From positions 1,696,001-1,760,000 of the forward strand of contig OZ242005.1 in the NCBI GenBank assembly GCA_965204725.1: a stretch of DNA of 64,000 bases, read 5' to 3'. Origin of the DNA: Candidatus Latescibacterota bacterium (lineage in GTDB: Bacteria; Latescibacterota; UBA2968; UBA8231). Every line of letters begins with the position of its first letter. The first letter of the stretch is position 1. The translations under genes and the position numbers were made by a program. Below, piece after piece: positions 19,185 to 28,198 of the stretch. The notes beneath the pieces were generated by a model. That model was not told the origin of the DNA. It searched no databases and saw only the letters and a list, made by a program, of their open reading frames with translations.

Positions 19185-20296
19185 ACCTGCTGTTGATTTC
19201 GGTCGATAGCTTGCGCTTGGATTTTGCCCCGGGGATTCATGCGGCCGAGCGCACCCCCCGATTTTCCGACTTGACGCGCGATTTCCACATCTGCCAGCGC
19301 TGCTTTTCGGTTTCTTCGGCAACTCGCCCGGTCCACACCTCGCTTTTTACCGGGCTGTACCCGTTTGAACACGGCATTGAAGGCCAGCAGTCGCCCGCGA
19401 TGCGGCAGGGCGTTGCCGACCTCTTTGACCTGTGCCAGCAAGCGGGCTATGGCGTAGGCGCGTTCTCAGAGGCTCCGGGCATTTTCACCGGTCTGAGCTA
19501 CGCCCGCCACATCGCCCCCCTGCCCGCCGACGAGCAGCTAGTCGGCTGGCTACAACGCCGCGAGCCGACCGTTCTCTTTGTTCACTATTGGAGCGTTCAT
19601 CCCCCTTATGGGGCCGCAGACGGGCGGGCCTTTGGGGAGGTGGGCCGGTTGCTAGCGGCGGGGCGCATCGACTTGGTAAAGGCGCGCTATCGCGCTGCCA
19701 TTGAACAGCTCTTTGAACGGCACATCGCCCGGCTGCTAGCGGCCTTGGACCGGAGCGCGTGGGCCGTTTTCATCATCAGCGACCACGGCCAAAGCTGGCG
19801 GGCCGACGAACCCTATCACGGTCATACCCTGTGCAACGACGTGCTGCGGGTGCCTTTGTACTACCGCCTGCCCGGCGCGGACAACCCCGCCCCGGGACGC
19901 GGGTTAATCTCCCTCGTCGATCTTTTCCCTACCTTCTTGTCACTCTTGGAGTTAGCGCACCCCTACCGCGGCTTTGCCCGCGACATTCGCTCCCCGCTCA
20001 TGCCCGATTACTACCTCGCTGAAATCGACCCCGGCCCGACAGCCCCCCATCATGGCCGCCAGTGGTCGCTGTTTGACGAGGACGCCAAATTCAGCTACGA
20101 CGAAGCGACGCAGCGCGAGCACTTAGTCGCCACCTTCAGCGAAACGCCGCGCTCGGCCTTGGGCCACACCGACCAGTATCATGCGGCTTATGCCGCGCTC
20201 AAGGCCGCGTCGAACTACGGGCATGCGGATTGGGGACCGGCCGCCGATCGCACGGTATTGGAGCAGCGGCTGCGGCAGCTAGGCTATCTGGAATAA
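19181..20296 (+). CDS. Sulfatase-like/alkaline-phosphatase superfamily hydrolase
   Basis: NLLLISVDSLR, TRPVHTSLFTGLYPFEHG, HYWSVHPPY, ISDHG, HGHTL, VPL, SLVDLFPTFL, RLRQLGYL. Confidence 0.88.
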   Translation: MNLLLISVDSLRLDFAPGIHAAERTPRFSDLTRDFHICQRCFSVSSATRPVHTSLFTGLYPFEHGIEGQQSPAMRQGVADLFDLCQQAGYGVGAFSEAPGIFTGLSYARHIAPLPADEQLVGWLQRREPTVLFVHYWSVHPPYGAADGRAFGEVGRLLAAGRIDLVKARYRAAIEQLFERHIARLLAALDRSAWAVFIISDHGQSWRADEPYHGHTLCNDVLRVPLYYRLPGADNPAPGRGLISLVDLFPTFLSLLELAHPYRGFARDIRSPLMPDYYLAEIDPGPTAPHHGRQWSLFDEDAKFSYDEATQREHLVATFSETPRSALGHTDQYHAAYAALKAASNYGHADWGPAADRTVLEQRLRQLGYLE

Positions 20297-20299
20297 ACT

Positions 20300-21871
20300 T
20301 CACGCTCGTTCCACCTCAAAAGCGACCACGTTGCGCGTCTCTTGGCTAAACTCCACACCCACGAGGTAAACCGCTTCCCCCCGTGAGCGATACTTGGCCG
20401 CGTAGTCCCGCGCCTGCAACTGACCCAATGCCGCCCCCGACGACACCCGCTCCACCACCTTGAACTCGAACAGATACACGTTCCCATTAAACTCCACCGC
20501 CATGTCCAACCGCCCCGCCCGGCTGCTGTCCTCCACCGTGACCGAAAGCCCCAGCGACGCAAAGTACGAGTAAAACACGCTGGCGTAATAGCCCTCGTAG
20601 TTGGCAATCTCGTTGTTGGTGTGCCACTGGTAGGGAATGCTGGCAAAGAACGCCTCGAACAGCGTTTCCAACCCCTCGAAGTCGTTGACCAGCAACAGGT
20701 CGTACAGCCGAGCCATGTGCTCAACCCGGCGCGAGGGATTGCCCGTCAGGTGACTCAGCAAGCTCTTGTTCAGGCTCTGCTGCACCTCTCGGTTAGGGTA
20801 GCCCAGCCGATAGAACATCTCCCCGCCGCGCGACTCGGCTCGGCGAATGGTCAAGTAGCCAGTCTGGAACAGCAGCGCCTCGGTCGCAATGTGATCCACG
20901 TCAAACGCCGACAGCAACTCCTCGCTGCTGAGCAGCCCCTCCAACGCCAGCGCACTCACCCCTCGCGCTAACAGCATCTCAAGCAGAAACGTCGGCGTTC
21001 CCGTCTCAAACCAGTAGGCACCAAAGGCGCGACGACGAAACAGTAACAACACGTCAAAGGGGTTGTACACCTGTTCCTCGCCCAGCCAGTTGTACCCATT
21101 GTACCACGTGCGGATTTCTTCTCGGTCCAATCCGGGCAGTTCCGCGGCGAACACCGCGTCTAAGTCCGCCTCGGTATAGCCGCAGATCGCCGAGTAGTGC
21201 GGGTCCAAGGTGATGTCGATGAGGTTGTTGAGGCCGGAGAAGAGGCTCACCTTGGAGAATTTGCTCACCCCGGTGAGGAAGCTAAACGCGATGTGCGCGT
21301 CGCAGTCCTTAATCGTCGCATACAGCCCGCGCAGAAAGTCGCGGTTGGCACGCGCCACCTCCGGCACCTCGAGCGCGTCTAAAATCGGCTTGTCATACTC
21401 ATCTATCAGTAGCACCACCCGCTGGCCGGTCTGTTGATGCAGCACCTTCAGCATATACCGGAAACGCCCCCGTGCCGTGTCATAGCTGGACCGGACCGGA
21501 ACCTCGCTCTCTACCTCGTTCAACTGCTCCATCACGTCTTTGTGCAGGTCGCCCGGCTCCTTGAAATTGCCGCTGCCAAAGCTCAACCGCAGCACCGGAT
21601 GGCGCACCGACCAGTCCCACTGAGGATGGATCGCCAACCCCTTAAACAGCGGCTCGTTGCCCGCAAACAACTCCTTCAGCGTGTCCAAAAACAGGCTCTT
21701 GCCAAACCGACGAGGACGAGACAGAAAGTAGTGCGTACCCTCGGCCACCAGCCGCGCCATGTACGCGGTCTTATCGACGTAGTAGTAATTCTCTTCCCGA
21801 ATCGTGCGGAACGTCTGAATGCCGATGGGCAGCTTGCGCTTGGCCGAATCTTCAGGGGTGATCAGTAGCAT
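20300..21871 (-). CDS. AAA-ATPase-like plus PD-(D/E)xK nuclease protein, copy 1 (523 aa)
   Basis: KLPIGIQTF, YYVDKT, Walker A SRPRRFGKS, Walker B LIDEYD, GVSKFSK, YWFETGTP, EGYYAS, GRLD...FEFK. ATG 21871 has GAGGTGG upstream. Confidence 0.93.
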   Translation of the reverse strand: MLLITPEDSAKRKLPIGIQTFRTIREENYYYVDKTAYMARLVAEGTHYFLSRPRRFGKSLFLDTLKELFAGNEPLFKGLAIHPQWDWSVRHPVLRLSFGSGNFKEPGDLHKDVMEQLNEVESEVPVRSSYDTARGRFRYMLKVLHQQTGQRVVLLIDEYDKPILDALEVPEVARANRDFLRGLYATIKDCDAHIAFSFLTGVSKFSKVSLFSGLNNLIDITLDPHYSAICGYTEADLDAVFAAELPGLDREEIRTWYNGYNWLGEEQVYNPFDVLLLFRRRAFGAYWFETGTPTFLLEMLLARGVSALALEGLLSSEELLSAFDVDHIATEALLFQTGYLTIRRAESRGGEMFYRLGYPNREVQQSLNKSLLSHLTGNPSRRVEHMARLYDLLLVNDFEGLETLFEAFFASIPYQWHTNNEIANYEGYYASVFYSYFASLGLSVTVEDSSRAGRLDMAVEFNGNVYLFEFKVVERVSSGAALGQLQARDYAAKYRSRGEAVYLVGVEFSQETRNVVAFEVERA

Positions 21872-22004
21872 GGGCTGAATCCACCTCAACGTTGGCTTGG
21901 ACAGCTATGGACCTATAACCGACAAGATAGAAACTACCGGGAGAACTCATGCAAAGAAAACTCCCCTGCTGGAATACGTTCCGCTAGACGCTGGACCGTA
22001 CGCC

Positions 22005-23576
22005 TCACGCCTGTTCCACCTCAAAAGCGACCACATTGCGCGTCTCTTGGCTAAACTCCACACCCACGAGGTAAATCGCTTCCCCTCGCCCACGATACTT
22101 GGCCGCGTAGTCCCGCGCCTTCAACTGCCTGATCGCCGCCCCCGACGACACCCGCTCCACCACCTTGAACTCAAACAGATATACGTTCCCATTAAACTCC
22201 ACCGCCATGTCCAACCGCCCCGCCCGACTGCTATCCTCCACCGTGATCGAAAGCCCCAGCGACGCAAAGTACGAGTAGAACACGCTGGCGTAATAGCCCT
22301 CGTAGTTGGCAATCTCGTTGTTGGTGTGCCATTGGTAGGGAATGCTGGCAAAAAACGCCTCGAACAGCGTTTCCAACCCCTCAAAGTCGTTGACCAACAG
22401 CAGGTCGTATAGCCGAGCCATGTGCTCAACCCGGCGCGAGGGATTGCCCGTCAGGTGACTGAGCAAGCTCTTGTTCAGGCTCTGCTGCACCTCTCGGTTA
22501 GGGTAGCCCAGCCGATAGAACATCTCCCCGCCGCGCGACTCGGCTCGGCGAATGGTCAGGTAGCCAGTCTGGAACAACAGCGCCTCGGTCGCAATGTGAT
22601 CCACGTCAAACGCCGACAGCAACTCCTCGCTGCTGAGCAGGCCCTCCAACGCCAGCGCACTCACCCCCCGTGCCAACAGCATCTCAAGCAGAAACGTCGG
22701 CGTTCCCGTCTCAAACCAGTAGGCACCAAAGGCGCGACGACGAAACAGTAACAACACGTCGAAGGGGTTGTACACCGCCTCGTCGCCCAGCCAGTTGTAC
22801 CCGTTGTACCACGTGCGGATTTCTTCTCGGTCCAATCCGGGCAGTTCCTCGGCGAACACCGCATCTAAGTCCGCCTCGGTATAGCCGCAGATGGCCGAGT
22901 AGTGCGGGTCCAAGGTGATGTCGATGAGGTTGTTGAGGCCGGAGAATAGGCTCACCTTGGAGAATTTGCTCACCCCAGTGAGGAAGCTAAACGCGATGTG
23001 CGCGTCGCAGTCCTTAATCGTCGCATACAGCCCGCGCAGAAAGTCGCGGTTGGCACGCGCCACCTCCGGCACCTCGAGCGCGTCCAAAATCGGCTTGTCA
23101 TACTCGTCTATCAGCACCGCCACCTGCTGGCCGGTGCGCTCGTGCAACGCTTCGAGTAGATGGCTAAACCGCGCCGGCGCCCCAGCGCAGTCCGACCCGA
23201 CACCTGCCCGTCTTTCCGCCGCGGCCAGTTGCGCCAGCACGTCCTCTTGCAGTTCGCTTGGCTGCTTGAAGTTGCCCCTGCCGAAGCTCAGCCGCAGCAC
23301 CGGATGGCGCACCGACCAGTCCCACTGAGGGTGGATCGCCAACCCCGTAAACAGCGGCTCGTTGCCCGCAAACAATTCCTTCAGCGTGTCCAAAAACAGG
23401 CTCTTGCCAAACCGACGAGGACGAGACAGAAAGTAGTGCGTACCCTCGGCGACCAGCCGCGCCATGTACGCGGTCTTATCGACGTAGTAGTAATTCTCTT
23501 CCCGAATCGTGCGGAACGTCTGAATGCCGATGGGCAGCTTGCGCTTGGCCGACTCTTCAGGGGTGATCAGTAGCAT
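22005..23576 (-). CDS. AAA-ATPase-like plus PD-(D/E)xK nuclease protein, copy 2 (523 aa)
   Basis: Same motifs and identical 1572-nt length as copy 1. Confidence 0.93.
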   Translation of the reverse strand: MLLITPEESAKRKLPIGIQTFRTIREENYYYVDKTAYMARLVAEGTHYFLSRPRRFGKSLFLDTLKELFAGNEPLFTGLAIHPQWDWSVRHPVLRLSFGRGNFKQPSELQEDVLAQLAAAERRAGVGSDCAGAPARFSHLLEALHERTGQQVAVLIDEYDKPILDALEVPEVARANRDFLRGLYATIKDCDAHIAFSFLTGVSKFSKVSLFSGLNNLIDITLDPHYSAICGYTEADLDAVFAEELPGLDREEIRTWYNGYNWLGDEAVYNPFDVLLLFRRRAFGAYWFETGTPTFLLEMLLARGVSALALEGLLSSEELLSAFDVDHIATEALLFQTGYLTIRRAESRGGEMFYRLGYPNREVQQSLNKSLLSHLTGNPSRRVEHMARLYDLLLVNDFEGLETLFEAFFASIPYQWHTNNEIANYEGYYASVFYSYFASLGLSITVEDSSRAGRLDMAVEFNGNVYLFEFKVVERVSSGAAIRQLKARDYAAKYRGRGEAIYLVGVEFSQETRNVVAFEVEQA

Positions 23577-23722
23577 GGGCTGAATCCACCTCAACGTTGG
23601 CTTGGACAGCTATGGACCTATAACCGACAAGATAGAGACTACCGGGAGAACTCATGCAAAGAAAACTCCCCTGCTGGAATACGTTCCGCTAGACGCTGGA
23701 CCGCACGGTGATGCCGTGCGCC

Positions 23723-25294
23723 TCACACCCGTTCCACTTCAAAAGCGACCACATTGCGCGTCTCTTGGCTAAACTCCACGCCCACGAGGTAAATCGCTTC
23801 CCCGCGTGAGCGATACTTGGCCGCGTAGTCCCGCGCCTGCAACTGACCCAATGCCGCCCCCGACGACACCCGCTCCACTACCTTGAACTCGAACAGATAC
23901 ACGTTCTCATTGAACTCCACCGCCATGTCCAACCGCCCCGCCCGGCTGCTATCCTCCACCGTGATCGACAGCCCCAGCGACGCAAAGTACGAGTAAAACA
24001 CGCTGGCGTAATAGCCCTCGTAGTTGGCAATCTCGTTGTTGGTGTGCCACTGGTAGGGAATGCTGGCAAAGAACGCCTCAAACAGCGTTTCCAACCCCTC
24101 GAAGTCGTTGACCAGTAACAGGTCGTACAGCCGAGCACTATGCTCAACCCGGCGCGAGGGATTGCCCGTCAGGTGACTCAGCAAGCTCTTGTTCAGGCTC
24201 TGCTGCACCTCTCGGTTAGGGTAGCCCAGCCGATAGAACATCTCCCCGCCGCGTAGCTCGGCCCGGCGAATGGTCAGGTAGCCGGTCTGGAACAGCAGCG
24301 CCTCAGTCGCAATGTGATCCACGTCAAATGCCGACAGCAACTCCTCGCTGCTGAGTAGCCCCTCCAACGCCAGCGCACTCACCCCCCGTGCCAATAGCAT
24401 CTCAAGCAGAAACGTCGGCGTTCCCGTCTCAAACCAGTAGGCACCGAACTGGCGGCGGTCGAACAGCAGGAGGACGTCGAAGGGGTTGTACACCTGTTCC
24501 TCCCCCAGCCAGTTGTACCCGTTGTACCACGTACGGATTTCTTCTCGGTCCAATCCGGGCAGTTCCGCGGCGAACACCGCGTCCAAGTCCGCCTCAGTAT
24601 AGCCGCAGATCGCTGAGTAGCGCGGGTCCAAGGTGATGTCTTTGAGGTTGTTGAGGCCGGAGAATAGGCTGACCTTGGAGAATTTGCTCACCCCGGTGAG
24701 GAAGCTAAACGCGATGTGCGCGTCGCCAAACTTGATCGTCGCATACAGCCCGCGCAGAAAGTCGCGGTTGGCACGAGCCACCTCCGGCACCTCGAGCGCG
24801 TCTAAAATCGGCTTATCATACTCGTCTATCAGCACCACCACCCGCTGGCCGGTGCGCTCGTGCAACGCTTCAAGTAGATGGCTAAACCGCGCCGGCGCCC
24901 CAGCGCAGTCCGACCCGACACCCTCCCGCCTTTCCATCGCGACCAGTTGCGCCATCGCGTCCTCTTGTAGTTCGCCTAGCTCCTTGAAGTTGCCCCTGCT
25001 AAAGTCGAGCCGCAGCACCGGATGGCGCACCGACCAGTCCCACTGAGGGTGGATCGCCAACCCCTTAAACAGCGGCTCGTTGCCAGCAAACAACTCTTTC
25101 AGCGTATCCAAAAACAGACTCTTGCCAAACCGACGAGGACGAGACAGAAAGTAGTGCGTACCCTCAGCGACCAGCCGACCCATGTACGCGGTCTTATCGA
25201 CATAGTAGTAATTCTCTTCCCGAATCGTGCGGAACGTCTGAATGCCGATGGGCAGTTTGGGCTTAACTGGCTCTTCGGGGTCTATCAGTAGCAT
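23723..25294 (-). CDS. AAA-ATPase-like plus PD-(D/E)xK nuclease protein, copy 3 (523 aa)
   Basis: Same motifs and identical 1572-nt length from the aligned ATG (MLLIDPEEPVKPKLPIG). Confidence 0.93.
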   Translation of the reverse strand: MLLIDPEEPVKPKLPIGIQTFRTIREENYYYVDKTAYMGRLVAEGTHYFLSRPRRFGKSLFLDTLKELFAGNEPLFKGLAIHPQWDWSVRHPVLRLDFSRGNFKELGELQEDAMAQLVAMERREGVGSDCAGAPARFSHLLEALHERTGQRVVVLIDEYDKPILDALEVPEVARANRDFLRGLYATIKFGDAHIAFSFLTGVSKFSKVSLFSGLNNLKDITLDPRYSAICGYTEADLDAVFAAELPGLDREEIRTWYNGYNWLGEEQVYNPFDVLLLFDRRQFGAYWFETGTPTFLLEMLLARGVSALALEGLLSSEELLSAFDVDHIATEALLFQTGYLTIRRAELRGGEMFYRLGYPNREVQQSLNKSLLSHLTGNPSRRVEHSARLYDLLLVNDFEGLETLFEAFFASIPYQWHTNNEIANYEGYYASVFYSYFASLGLSITVEDSSRAGRLDMAVEFNENVYLFEFKVVERVSSGAALGQLQARDYAAKYRSRGEAIYLVGVEFSQETRNVVAFEVERV

Positions 25295-25426
25295 GGGGCT
25301 TGATCCTAGCTTGGGCAGGTATGGACCTATAACCGACAAGATAGCCGACCGAGACAACCCATGCAAAGAGGAATTGGCTACCGGCCGCCGATTGCACGCG
25401 CTTGCAACGGCTTCTGTGGCTTTGGG

Positions 25427-25987
25427 TTATCTCGACTGGTCTGAGGCGACGAACTTGGGTTTTAGGGCCTGATAATCGGCCCCCAAGCGGGCAAAGATGT
25501 CGGCCCATCGGCGCGGGTAGGATGGATGGCTGCTATTGGGCGCGAAGCCCAACTTGAGATAGCAGCGCAGGGCCGGCAGGCGGAAGTCGTCGGTCAGTAG
25601 GTATATGGGCCGTGGACCTAACGATTTGGCTTGGACTACCGCCGCCCCGACGATGAACTTGCCCAAGCCGCGCCCCTGAAAGGCCGGATCGACCGCAACC
25701 CAACCGATTTCCCAACAAGGCCGCAACTCGCGGGTGCGGTCATTGCAACCCGCACAGGCGACGATCTGCCCCTCGCACTCAACAAAGAGCTGGACCCGGG
25801 TTTCTTTGAGTACGCTCTCCAGCCGCTGCCGGTCCCAACGACCCAATTCGCCGTTGGCTTGCAATAGGGCCAACCAGCCCTCCTCGTCGCCCGGGCGGTA
25901 CGTCCGCAGCCGATAGCCAGCCATTGCCGACAAGTCCGGGGCCGCCGCACGCCCATACCAGAGGATGAGCTGAGGTGCGGGATTCAA
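25427..25987 (-). CDS. GNAT family acetyltransferase
   Basis: EIGWVAVDPAFQGRGLGK (motif A); LLTDDFRLPALRCYLKLGF. Confidence 0.9.
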   Translation of the reverse strand: MNPAPQLILWYGRAAAPDLSAMAGYRLRTYRPGDEEGWLALLQANGELGRWDRQRLESVLKETRVQLFVECEGQIVACAGCNDRTRELRPCWEIGWVAVDPAFQGRGLGKFIVGAAVVQAKSLGPRPIYLLTDDFRLPALRCYLKLGFAPNSSHPSYPRRWADIFARLGADYQALKPKFVASDQSR

Positions 25988-26394
25988 GTGCGGCTTTCCT
26001 GACGCCGGAACAGAGACGACTTAAACTGCTCGGGGCGATGGGGTTGGAGAACGACGATTTCGCACTCGGGGAAGGCTTCGGCCAAGCCTGCTGGCCTCCT
26101 TTGGTCGTAGCCGAGGGCAATGATGTGGGGAGCAATCTCGCCGACGATGCGCAAAAAGTTATCCCCCTCGTGGCCGAGGCGAACTTCGGCGACTTCGGGC
26201 AGCTTCACCAGCGCGGCTTCGCGCTCCTCTTGGGATTGGTCGGGATAGTACCCCTTGATGCGCCGGACGTTTTCGTCGCGGGCGACCACGACGAACAGTT
26301 CGTCGCCCAGCGCAGCCGCCTGCGCGATGAAGGAGCGGTGGCCCGGATGCAGGTAATCAAAAGTGCCGCAGCACAGTACGCGCGTTTTATTCAT
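25984..26394 (-). CDS. Cytidylyltransferase-family protein, archaeal RibL-like FAD synthase
   Basis: RVLCCGTFDYLHPGH (HxGH), GDELFVVVARD, IIALGYDQ, KSS. The VARD and LGYDQ motifs fit RibL better than TagD or RfaE. Confidence 0.75.
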   Translation of the reverse strand: MNKTRVLCCGTFDYLHPGHRSFIAQAAALGDELFVVVARDENVRRIKGYYPDQSQEEREAALVKLPEVAEVRLGHEGDNFLRIVGEIAPHIIALGYDQRRPAGLAEAFPECEIVVLQPHRPEQFKSSLFRRQESRT

Positions 26395-26821
26395 CGGTGC
26401 GCCGGTCTATCCAATACTCGACACTGTGGTCCTTGGCAAAAATGCGGCCGAAGCGGTCGGCGTCGGCATGCGTGGCGAAATAGCCGATCCGCACCCGCAC
26501 GCCGGCACCGCTCTGGACGCTATAGGCCGGATAGCCCTCGTCCTTCAATGCGCGCACCTTCTGATCGGCGCGCTTGATGTCCCGATAGACGCCGACTTGA
26601 ACGGTGAATTGGCCTTCGGGATTAAAAAACACCGGGCTGGTATCGCTGGGATCTACTTCGGCTGGAGCGGCCCCAGAGTCCGCCGGAGCCAAGACTACGA
26701 TCTCGCGGCGACTCGCGGGTTCGGGTTCGGGTTTAGGGATCTGTTCGTCGGCGCAGCCCCCGGCCCAGAGGGCGGCCCACGCGAGCATCCACAACAGCCT
26801 CTTGGGGTTCGCCGCGATCAA
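26387..26821 (-). CDS. SPOR domain lipoprotein
   Basis: Signal peptide ending WAGGC; FTVQVGVY...A...LK.EGY.AY...VRVRIGYF. TTG start overlaps the hemL stop. Confidence 0.8.
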   Translation of the reverse strand: MIAANPKRLLWMLAWAALWAGGCADEQIPKPEPEPASRREIVVLAPADSGAAPAEVDPSDTSPVFFNPEGQFTVQVGVYRDIKRADQKVRALKDEGYPAYSVQSGAGVRVRIGYFATHADADRFGRIFAKDHSVEYWIDRRTDE

Positions 26822-28107
26822 TGCACGGCCTTGAGCGCGGCAAAGTGAATGCGGAGCGTTTCTTCGATATCCCCTTCCCCGTGGGCGAGCGAGGGAAACA
26901 TACATTCGTATTGAGAAGGGGCCAGATAGAGGCCCCGCTCTAGACAGGCCCAGAAATAGTGCTTAAAACGCACTAGATCAACCGTGCCGACGCTGGCAAA
27001 ATCCACCACCGGGCACTCGGTAAAAAACATGCAGAGCATGGCGCCAACCCGGTTTAGCGCGTAGTTCAAGCCCAGTTTTTGCAGGTTATCGGCCATGCCA
27101 GCCGCCAAGTCGGCGCAACGGCTCTCCAGCGTTTCGTACGTTCCGGGTTCGGCCAGCATGTTCAATTGCTCCAAGCCAGCGGCCATGGCGAGCGGATTGC
27201 CCGATAAGGTGCCGGCCTGCGAGACCTTTATGCCCAGCGGCGACACGTTTTCCATGATCTCTCGCTTGCCGCCATACACGGCCGCCGGCAAGCCGCCCCC
27301 GACGATCTTGCCCAAGCACGTCAAATCGGGCAGCACGCCATAGCGCTCTTGCGCCCCGCCCGGACCAATTCGGAACCCAGTGATGACCTCGTCGAAGATG
27401 AGGACGATGCCCTCTTCGTCGGCTATTTGGCGCAGCGCGGGAAGAAACCCCTCGCGTGGGGGCACGGTCCCCATATTACCGGCCACTGGCTCGACGATGA
27501 TAGCCGCGATCTGGCCGCTGTTTTCTCGTGCGACCGCACGCACGGCAGCCGCGTCGTTGTACGGCAGGGTCAGGGTCGAATCAACCACGCTCTGCGGCAC
27601 CCCGGGGCTTGTGGGAACCCCCAAGGTCAGGGCCGAAGACCCGGCCTCGCTCAAGAAGCTGTCCCCGTGCCCGTGCCAGCAGCCCTCGAATTTGGCGATT
27701 TTGTCCCGGCCGGTATGGCCGCGGGCTAGGCGCACCGCCGCCATCGTAGCCTCGGTTCCCGAACTCACCATCCGCACCATTTCGATGGAAGGGACCATGT
27801 CCACAATGCGCTCGGCCAGCGCGGTTTCCAGATCGGTCGGGGCACCAAAACTAGTGCCCTTCACGCAGGCTTCCTGCACGGCTTTGACGACGCGGGGATG
27901 AGCATGGCCGAAAATGAGCGGCCCCCAAGAGCACACGTAGTCGATGTATTCGCGGCCATCGACATCAAACAGCCGCGAACCAGCCCCCCGCTCAATGAAG
28001 CGAGGGCCACCGCCCACCGCGCCAAAAGCCCGCGCCGGACTGTTCACTCCTCCGGGAATGACCTGCTGCGCTTGGGCGAAGGCTGTTGCGGAATTGGGTA
28101 TCGACAT
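26818..28107 (-). CDS. hemL: Glutamate-1-semialdehyde 2,1-aminomutase
   Basis: IPGGVNSP.RAF, YIDYVCSWGPLIFGH, SGTEATM, FDEVITGFR, LGKIVGGGLP, QAGTLSGNPLAM. Confidence 0.98.
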   Translation of the reverse strand: MSIPNSATAFAQAQQVIPGGVNSPARAFGAVGGGPRFIERGAGSRLFDVDGREYIDYVCSWGPLIFGHAHPRVVKAVQEACVKGTSFGAPTDLETALAERIVDMVPSIEMVRMVSSGTEATMAAVRLARGHTGRDKIAKFEGCWHGHGDSFLSEAGSSALTLGVPTSPGVPQSVVDSTLTLPYNDAAAVRAVARENSGQIAAIIVEPVAGNMGTVPPREGFLPALRQIADEEGIVLIFDEVITGFRIGPGGAQERYGVLPDLTCLGKIVGGGLPAAVYGGKREIMENVSPLGIKVSQAGTLSGNPLAMAAGLEQLNMLAEPGTYETLESRCADLAAGMADNLQKLGLNYALNRVGAMLCMFFTECPVVDFASVGTVDLVRFKHYFWACLERGLYLAPSQYECMFPSLAHGEGDIEETLRIHFAALKAVH

Positions 28108-28198
28108 GAGTTAGATCCTCTTAAGACGCGATAATCGCGGACAGACAGGCAAATTAGTCGTCGTCATAATCAATGAGATTTCTTTAGGGTCTTTTCGT

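Larger units (their letters stand above)
20300..25370 (-). repeat. Tandem triplication of a ~1.7-kb unit (gene plus upstream block)
   Basis: Stop-to-stop periods of 1705 and 1718 nt. The block TATGGACCTATAACCGACAAGATAG (plus strand) lies upstream of all three genes. Confidence 0.95.

Noticed and set aside
20300-25370. Diversity-generating retroelement acting on the AAA-nuclease array
   Set aside because: No reverse transcriptase or template repeat in the window. Differences are block-wise and involve all bases rather than being adenine-specific.
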